From an uncultured delta proteobacterium (GTDB lineage: Bacteria > Desulfobacterota > Syntrophia > Syntrophales > UBA2185): a stretch of DNA of 64,000 bases. The position numbers were made by a program, and so were the translations under genes. Below are positions 57,583-64,000 of the stretch, piece by piece. The notes beneath the pieces are model-generated. The model saw nothing but the letters and a program-made list of their open reading frames with translations, ran no database searches and had not been told where the DNA came from. Position 1 is the first letter of the stretch. Every line of letters begins with the position of its first letter. The stretch spans positions 96,001 to 160,000 of the forward strand of contig CAVSPA010000010.1 of NCBI GenBank assembly GCA_963729715.1. Reading direction: 5' to 3'.

Positions 57583-59418
57583 TCAGAAAAAATCTTTCTT
57601 CATATCTACTGTTATGCCGTTGCTTGCCAGGAGAGTTTTGGCGAGACCCTCGATTTTTGGAAGTTCGTATTGGAAGAAATAGCGGAAGGTATAAAGCTTT
57701 CCCTGATAGAAATTCATCTCCGTCCCGGTGGGATTCATCCGCAAGGCCTTGTGGATGGCAAGGGCCTGGAGGAGCCACTGCCAGCCTATGGTTATGATGC
57801 CGAAGAATTCCAGATAAAGTGTTGAGTCTGCCAAGAAGAGATCCACCTTTCCCTGCATGGCAAGGCTGATCAGATGCGCCGTGACCGTCTTTAGTTTGTC
57901 GGCGGCTTCTTCGAGTTCCCGGGTGTAAGACTGCAACGGCGGCTCTTCTTTGGCGATGGCTATGGTCCTTTCGATCTCTTGGATAAGCAGCATGGCCGCC
58001 TCTCCGTTCTTCATGGGCACCTTGCGGCCAAGGAGGTCGAGGGCTTGAATGCCTGTGGTTCCCTCGTGGATGGGATGGATGCGCGCATCACGATAGAGTT
58101 GTTCAATGGGAAACTCATCACAGTAGCCGTATCCGCCGAGACATTGCAAGGCGTGGCTCACGGCGAGGATTCCCATCTCCGCAGGATAGCTCTTGGCCAC
58201 AGGCGTGAGAATTTCGAGGAGGAGGTTGTATTTCTCTTTTTCCTTTCCTTCCAGGACCTTCTCGAGATCGAGATATTTGCCGCATTGCATGAGGAGTGAA
58301 AGGGAGCCTTCCACGACGGCGCGCTGGAAGAGAAGCATCCGCTTCACGTCAGGGTGCTTGATGATAGGAACTTGAGGTGACAGGGGATCCTTGGCCGTAG
58401 GCGGCCGTCCCTGAGGTCGCTCCCGGGTATATTCCAGTGCCGCATAATAGGCGGCGGACGCAATGCCGGCGGCTGCGATCCCCACGGCGATACGCGCCTC
58501 GTTCATCAACTGGAACATGTGGGATAGTCCCCGGTTCGGCTGTCCAACAAGATAGCCCCTACAGTCACCGTTCTCGCCGAAGCTCAATTGAGTAATTGGC
58601 GCCCCGCGGTAGCCCATTTTGTGGTAGATGCCCGTCACGTGGACATCGTTAGAGATGAGTCCGCGATTATCATCGGGTCGCATCTTAGGGACGACAAATA
58701 GAGAAATGCCCCTGACGCCGGGAGGAGCACCTGCAATCCTCGCCAGAAGGAGATGTACGACGTTTTGCACACCGTCATGATCCCCTGTGGAGATAAATAT
58801 TTTCTGTCCCCTTATCCGGTAGTATCCATGGTCACTGGGTTCAGCGAGGGTCGTTATATCAGATAAGGAACTTCCCGCATGTGGCTCGGTGAGGGCCATG
58901 GTCCCCTGCCAGTCGCCGGCGTACATCTTCGGGATATAGGCATTGATCAGTTCTTCAGTGCCAAAGGAATATATGAGATGGGCGGCGCCGTCGGTGAGGT
59001 AGGGATAGACGCTCCCTGCATAATTCGCTGCGGAGAAAATGAACATGGGGACGAATCCCAAAATCACCGGAAGCTGCTGCCCGCCCAATTCTTGAGGGGC
59101 CGTAGCGGATATCCAGCCGCCTGCGCCGCAAATCTGCATAATCTCTTTCACCTGCGGATGAACCCTCACCTGGCCATCGACGAATTCCGGCTGGTTCTTG
59201 TCCATTTCCCGCAAGCTGGGTTTGAAGAGATCCCTCCCCAGTTTCAGGGCTGTTTCAAGGATCATGTCGAAGGCCTCCCGGCTATGATCGGCATAGCGGG
59301 GATATTTGAGGAGGGAGGTTGCATCGAAAACCTCGTAGAGCAAAAATCTGATATTTCTTTCACTAACGAATTTATCAGCCAAGATTTCCTCCTTTGACGT
59401 TCGTGAGAGAGATGACAA
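57583..59418 (-). CDS. Acyl-CoA dehydrogenase
   Basis: GTMALTEPHAGS, G.KIFIS.G, MF..MNEAR, GGYGY and IHEGTTGIQA.DL. Confidence 0.95.
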   Translation of the reverse strand: MSSLSRTSKEEILADKFVSERNIRFLLYEVFDATSLLKYPRYADHSREAFDMILETALKLGRDLFKPSLREMDKNQPEFVDGQVRVHPQVKEIMQICGAGGWISATAPQELGGQQLPVILGFVPMFIFSAANYAGSVYPYLTDGAAHLIYSFGTEELINAYIPKMYAGDWQGTMALTEPHAGSSLSDITTLAEPSDHGYYRIRGQKIFISTGDHDGVQNVVHLLLARIAGAPPGVRGISLFVVPKMRPDDNRGLISNDVHVTGIYHKMGYRGAPITQLSFGENGDCRGYLVGQPNRGLSHMFQLMNEARIAVGIAAAGIASAAYYAALEYTRERPQGRPPTAKDPLSPQVPIIKHPDVKRMLLFQRAVVEGSLSLLMQCGKYLDLEKVLEGKEKEKYNLLLEILTPVAKSYPAEMGILAVSHALQCLGGYGYCDEFPIEQLYRDARIHPIHEGTTGIQALDLLGRKVPMKNGEAAMLLIQEIERTIAIAKEEPPLQSYTRELEEAADKLKTVTAHLISLAMQGKVDLFLADSTLYLEFFGIITIGWQWLLQALAIHKALRMNPTGTEMNFYQGKLYTFRYFFQYELPKIEGLAKTLLASNGITVDMKKDFF

Positions 59419-59450
59419 ATTCTGATTTGCCGCACAAGTTCTATTTCTTA

Positions 59451-60548
59451 TTAGGGGCTCTTTTTTTCTATTCTGCCGTCGATGATCAGGTCGTCGCCAA
59501 GCCTTCGGACTTTTCTGTATGCTATTCTGAGCGATTCATTTATGCTCTTGATGCAAAGATCGCCGATCGCCTCAAGCCCTTTCCCTACGATCTTGGGAGC
59601 AATAATTATGACCACTCTATCAACCAGTTGTTCCGCCAATATGGATGTGATGATGGCCGCTCCTCCTTCAACGAGGACAGATGAGATATTCCTCTTTCCC
59701 AGTTCCATAAGAAGTCTCATCAGATCAACACGGCGATCCTTATTGGTGTCAACTGCGAGCACTTCAATCCCGAGATCCGCAAGCCGGGCGCGTTTCTCAC
59801 GGTCCGCATTATGGGTGGTTGCGACTATAGTCCAGGCCTTGTCCTGGTCCTTCAGAATTCGTGCATCAGGAGATATACGCAAATGGGAGTCGACAATGAT
59901 CCGGAGTGGGTTTCTCCCTCTGACGAGACGGACAGTCAGTTCCGGATCATCCTTCGACAAGGTGCCTGAACCAACGAGGACAGCATCATGATGACTCCTC
60001 AATGCATGAGCAAACTTGAGTGACTGCTCGGAGCTGATCCACCGGGAATGTCCCGAGGCCGTGGCAATCCTTCCATCGATGCTCTGGGCAAACTTGAGGG
60101 TTACGAAGGGAATTCCCGTCCGCATGAATTTTAAAAACCGTTCATTGAATTCCTTGCAAGCTTCTTCCAGGATGCCCACCGTCGTCTTTATACCGTGACG
60201 TTTGAGGGCTTCGATGCCTTTGCCTGCAACTGCGGGATTGGGATCAGGGGTGCCGATGACTACTCTTGCGGGTTTAGCGGCAATAACGCTGTCTATGCAG
60301 GGAGGTGTTTTCCCGTAATGAGTACAAGGTTCGAGGTTAATATAGATGGTCGCGCCCTTTATGGGTTCGCTGGCGTGGCTAATGGCATTGATTTCGGCGT
60401 GGTTGCCGCCGAATTTCTGATGATACCCCTCTCCGATAATCCGGCCCCTCCTTACAATAACGGCGCCGACCATGGGGTTGGGACTCACCCATGCCTCTCC
60501 TCTGCGGGCAAGCCTGAGGGCCCGTTTCATGTAGAATTCATCAGTCAT
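59451..60548 (-). CDS. ribD: Riboflavin biosynthesis deaminase/reductase
   Basis: PNPMVG, HAE, LEPC.H.GKTPPC, S.DG.IA and LVEGG. Confidence 0.96.
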   Translation of the reverse strand: MTDEFYMKRALRLARRGEAWVSPNPMVGAVIVRRGRIIGEGYHQKFGGNHAEINAISHASEPIKGATIYINLEPCTHYGKTPPCIDSVIAAKPARVVIGTPDPNPAVAGKGIEALKRHGIKTTVGILEEACKEFNERFLKFMRTGIPFVTLKFAQSIDGRIATASGHSRWISSEQSLKFAHALRSHHDAVLVGSGTLSKDDPELTVRLVRGRNPLRIIVDSHLRISPDARILKDQDKAWTIVATTHNADREKRARLADLGIEVLAVDTNKDRRVDLMRLLMELGKRNISSVLVEGGAAIITSILAEQLVDRVVIIIAPKIVGKGLEAIGDLCIKSINESLRIAYRKVRRLGDDLIIDGRIEKKSP

Positions 60549-60768
60549 GATGCGTCTTCCTCCCGGTGTCTGATGCATCTTATACCACGGCTGTTATGGA
60601 TGTAAAGGGTGAATAACAAAAGAATGTTTCTGTTGTTGAGTGTGCTTTAATGTGATATAGGAAAGCGCAATTATCGGTCTTGAGATTGACTCCGGGTCAA
60701 TCCGGTATTCTTGGGTTTGCACTGAGGACAAGGGTGACGCCCGTCCTCGCAAAAAAGGAGAAGAAATT

Positions 60769-61497
60769 ATGAAGGGTGTTGTTTTAGCGGGCGGTTTAGG
60801 CAGCCGCATGTATCCACTCACGAAGGTTACTAATAAACATCTCCTTCCGGTTTATAATGAACCCATGATTTATTATCCTATAAAGATACTCGTGAATGCA
60901 GGTATTGATGATATCATGATTGTCACGGGCGGAAACAATGCCGGCGAATTTCTGAAACTCCTGGGAAACGGGGCGGACTTCGGCCTCAGGCATCTCAATT
61001 ATACATATCAGGAGGGAGAGGGGGGAATAGCCGCCGCCCTGAGCCTTGCAGAGTTTTTTGCCGATGAAGGGAAAATCGCTGTCGTCTTGGGGGATAATAT
61101 CATTGAGAAGAATGTCAGAAAAGCAGTTGAATCTTTTAAGAAACAGAAAGACGGGGCCCGCATTATGCTGAAAGAGGTGTCTGACCCCAAAAGGTTCGGC
61201 GTACCCGTCTTCGATGGAAAACGTATTATACGTGTTGAAGAAAAACCCGCCGCGCCGAAATCTCAGTATGCTGTCATTGGCATTTATATGTATGACAGGA
61301 GAGTGTTTGATTTCATCAAGACCTTGAAGCCGTCAGAGAGAGGAGAACTGGAGATTACGGACGTCAATAATTTCTATATTAACGAAGGAAAAATGGAGTG
61401 GGACATTCTTGATGGCTGGTGGAGCGATGCGGGGACATTTGAATCCCTGCAATATGCCGGTAATATGGTTGCGAAAACGGGAGCAAATAAAATGTGA
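60769..61497 (+). CDS. rfbA: Glucose-1-phosphate thymidylyltransferase-like nucleotidyltransferase
   Basis: LAGG.GSR..P.T...NKHLLPVY, LGDN, RGELEITD and W.DAGT. Confidence 0.88.
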   Translation: MKGVVLAGGLGSRMYPLTKVTNKHLLPVYNEPMIYYPIKILVNAGIDDIMIVTGGNNAGEFLKLLGNGADFGLRHLNYTYQEGEGGIAAALSLAEFFADEGKIAVVLGDNIIEKNVRKAVESFKKQKDGARIMLKEVSDPKRFGVPVFDGKRIIRVEEKPAAPKSQYAVIGIYMYDRRVFDFIKTLKPSERGELEITDVNNFYINEGKMEWDILDGWWSDAGTFESLQYAGNMVAKTGANKM

Positions 61498-61964
61498 GGA
61501 CATCGAATATGATCGAAGGTGTCATGGTAAAAAAGCTGAAGGTCATACCTGATGAGCGGGGCAGATTAATGGAGATCCTGCGCGTAGATGATGAGATGTT
61601 TAAAAAATTCGGCCAGGTGTATATGACGACCGCCTACCCGGGAGTTGTAAAGGGATGGCATTATCATAAGAAGCAGTATGATAATATGGCCGTTGTAAAA
61701 GGCATGATGAAAATTGTTCTTTACGACGGCAGACTGGATTCTTCGACATATGGTGAGATAAACGAGTTCTTTGCGGGCGAACATGATTCTGTTCTGATAC
61801 ATATCCCCCCTTTCGTTTATCACGGATTTAAATGCATTTCCGAGGAAGAGGCCGTGGTGGTCAATACGCCCACAGAGGCATACGATTATAGGGAGCCTGA
61901 TGAGTTCAGGATGCATCCCCATGATAATGATATTCCTTATGAGTGGGACCGGAAAGACGGCTGA
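61494..61964 (+). CDS. rfbC: dTDP-4-dehydrorhamnose 3,5-epimerase family protein
   Basis: DERG.L.E, GVVKGWHYH and IPP...HGF. Confidence 0.88.
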   Translation: MRTSNMIEGVMVKKLKVIPDERGRLMEILRVDDEMFKKFGQVYMTTAYPGVVKGWHYHKKQYDNMAVVKGMMKIVLYDGRLDSSTYGEINEFFAGEHDSVLIHIPPFVYHGFKCISEEEAVVVNTPTEAYDYREPDEFRMHPHDNDIPYEWDRKDG

Positions 61965-62087
61965 TGCATATAATCGGTAAACCGTTCAAAGAATCATTAG
62001 ATGATTATTATTGCAGGAATGGAAACGGCCGAAAGGGATGCGGCGTGTTCTTGCGAAAGCTAAGCGAGAGGCATTGACAAGGTTCAT

Positions 62088-62849
62088 ATGGGCGCATTTC
62101 TGTATATCTTTCTTGCGTGCTTGGGCGCAGCCATTGGGAGCTTCCTCAATGTCTTGATCTTCCGGATTCCTGAAGGGCAGTCTATCGTTCTTCCATCTTC
62201 CCACTGCCAGAAATGCGGTCATGCCATAAGGGTTTACGATAATATTCCCATCATCAGCTATCTTATCCTGCGGGGGAAATGCAGGGACTGCCGTGAGAAG
62301 ATCTCTTTGCAATATCCCGTTGTGGAAGCGATTACCGCAGTAATGTCAGTCCTGATATTCGTGAAATTCGGTCTGAGTTTCAAATACCTCTCTTCCTTCA
62401 TCTTCACCTGCGCATTGATCGTCATCACATTCATTGACCTCCGTCACCAGATAATCCCCGATGTAATCAGTCTGCCGGGAATACCTGTCTTTTTTTTGCT
62501 TGCAGTTTTTTTTATGAATGTCACGATTTGGGAGGCTCTCCTTGGCATTCTGATCGGCGGCGGGTGTCTTTTTGCCATTGCTTTCACATATGAAGTCATT
62601 ACTAAACGAGAGGGCATGGGGGGAGGGGATATCAAGCTGCTTGCCATGCTTGGCGCTTTCTTGGGGTGGAAGTCTCTGTTTTTCGTTCTGTTTGCGAGCT
62701 CCATGCTTGGTGCTGTTGTCGGTATATCGGCTATGATTATGAAGGGGCAGGACATGAAATACGCCTTGCCTTTCGGTCCGTTCCTGTCCATAGCCGCCGT
62801 TGCCTACCTCTTTGTGGGCGAGGACGTGACAAGGTTTATCTTCTTTTGA
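62088..62849 (+). CDS. pilD: Type IV prepilin peptidase
   Basis: GSFLNV.I.R.P, S.C..C, DNIPI.SY..L.GKCR.C, MG.GD.KL and PFGPFL. Confidence 0.95.
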   Translation: MGAFLYIFLACLGAAIGSFLNVLIFRIPEGQSIVLPSSHCQKCGHAIRVYDNIPIISYLILRGKCRDCREKISLQYPVVEAITAVMSVLIFVKFGLSFKYLSSFIFTCALIVITFIDLRHQIIPDVISLPGIPVFFLLAVFFMNVTIWEALLGILIGGGCLFAIAFTYEVITKREGMGGGDIKLLAMLGAFLGWKSLFFVLFASSMLGAVVGISAMIMKGQDMKYALPFGPFLSIAAVAYLFVGEDVTRFIFF

Positions 62850-62910
62850 CACTGACGGTTTTATCAAAATTTCTTGACTTCGAAGTAGTATAAATATACC
62901 GTGCTAAACA

Positions 62911-63075
62911 CTGGGAAAGCGCAGGGAGAGGAGATCGAATGGCGTGACTGCTGTGGCTGACTCGTAACCTGCATGGTTTGGCTTTTGAATCCTGTTATGC
63001 AAATGAGAGGTTGGCCATATGGCCAACTTTTTTAGTATGGATGATAACGGTTTCTTGACCCCTGCGATTCTCCGG
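62911..63075 (+). ncRNA. Candidate 6S-like RNA or structured argS leader
   Basis: Upstream promoter TTGACT-N17-TACCGT. Long rod structure: GCAGGG/CCCTGC, AGGAGATCG/CGGTTTCTT, central bubble, TGGCTGAC/GTTGGCCA and TGCAT/ATGCA. Confidence 0.5.
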
Positions 63076-63117
63076 GTTGGAGAGATCTTTGGATGTTCGG
63101 TAAAGGTGTGTGGCTGA

Positions 63118-64000
63118 ATGAAGCGCAGATTGCAAACACTACTGGGACAAGCCGTAAGGGCCTGTATCGAGAAAAAGTTAATAGAGGCAGAGGCTGTCCC
63201 CTATATTGAAATCGATATGCCGAAGGATGCCGGTCACGGCGACTATGCCTCCAATGTGGCGATGGTACTGGCGTCCCGTGCGAAGGGCAAAATGCCGCCC
63301 CGCCGGATTGCAGAGATTATCTCAAAGAATATCGGCAGCGGCGATGATGTACTGGCAAAAGTCGAGATCGCAGGCCCCGGTTTTATGAACTTCTTTATAC
63401 GGGAGGACGTATGGTCTACCCTGCTTTACGATGTCGATAAACTTGGTGATCGTTATGGTGCCTCAGATTCCGGCAAAGGGAAGAAAATACATTTAGAGTT
63501 CGTCAGCGCCAATCCCACCGGGCCTCTCCATATAGGACATGCGAGGGGCGCAGTTGTCGGCGACGTCATTGCGAACATCATTGAGGCATCAGGATATTCG
63601 GTTTTTTGTGAGTACTACATTAATGATACGGGCAACCAGATGAACAACCTGGGGAAGTCCGTTCTCTCTCGCTATCTCGATCTTCTCGGCGGGAATGTAG
63701 AGTTTCCTGAAGGCTGCTATCAGGGTGACTACATCAAAGATTTAGCCAAAGAAATTATTTCAAGGGAGGGTGACCGTTATTGCTACATAAGTCAGGAAGA
63801 GAGCATCCTCATTTTTACCGATTATGCCGCGCGTGAAATATTAAAGGGCATAAAGGACGATTTAAAGGCCTTCGGCGTGGTTTTTGATAATTACTTCAGC
63901 GAGAAGGATCTTTACAAGGGTGATGGAGTGGCAAAGCTGCTTGCCGCTCTTGAGAAGAGCAAATTCGTTTACAACGATGGGGAAACGGTCTGGTTCAGGA
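63118..64000 (+). CDS. argS: Arginine--tRNA ligase (5' part, runs off window)
   Basis: Manual translation from ATG 63118: HGDYASNVAM, AGPGF.NF, EFVSANPTGPLHIGHARGA and EYYIND.G.Q. Confidence 0.96.
   Translation, partial: MKRRLQTLLGQAVRACIEKKLIEAEAVPYIEIDMPKDAGHGDYASNVAMVLASRAKGKMPPRRIAEIISKNIGSGDDVLAKVEIAGPGFMNFFIREDVWSTLLYDVDKLGDRYGASDSGKGKKIHLEFVSANPTGPLHIGHARGAVVGDVIANIIEASGYSVFCEYYINDTGNQMNNLGKSVLSRYLDLLGGNVEFPEGCYQGDYIKDLAKEIISREGDRYCYISQEESILIFTDYAAREILKGIKDDLKAFGVVFDNYFSEKDLYKGDGVAKLLAALEKSKFVYNDGETVWFR

Overview
The window reads as the chromosome of an anaerobic Deltaproteobacterium (Desulfobacterota or Syntrophales-like, inferred from gene content). Core genes flank two tandem integrative islands inserted at the 3' end of a tRNA-Lys(UUU) (36062-36137, minus strand). 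The tRNA 3' portion is repeated at 22258-22306 and 4764-4810. Island A (about 4.76-22.3 kb) looks older and decaying. It has a broken cognate integrase, a second tyrosine recombinase, an IS3 element, HigBA, an HD hydrolase, mscL/ompA, a PAS-GAF kinase with response regulator, degenerate attC-like sites and two duplicated non-coding modules. Island B (22.3-36.1 kb, about 13.8 kb) looks like a PICI-like phage satellite. It has an intact integrase, AlpA/Xis-type HTH genes, a replication initiator with iterons, DnaB, TerS and a SieB-like gene. It also has two proteins resembling phage DNA ejection/pilot proteins, but no capsid, portal, TerL or tail genes. Its integrase ORF runs through the att core, so excision swaps the last residues (RCSTN integrated, HTDEN excised). 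The right half is housekeeping and energy metabolism: purA, serA, serC, radA, cfa, a Tat-exported Cys-type formate dehydrogenase operon, acyl-CoA dehydrogenase, ribD, rfbA/rfbC, pilD, a 6S-like or attenuator-like RNA and partial argS. All calls come from reading the sequence by eye; no database searches were run.
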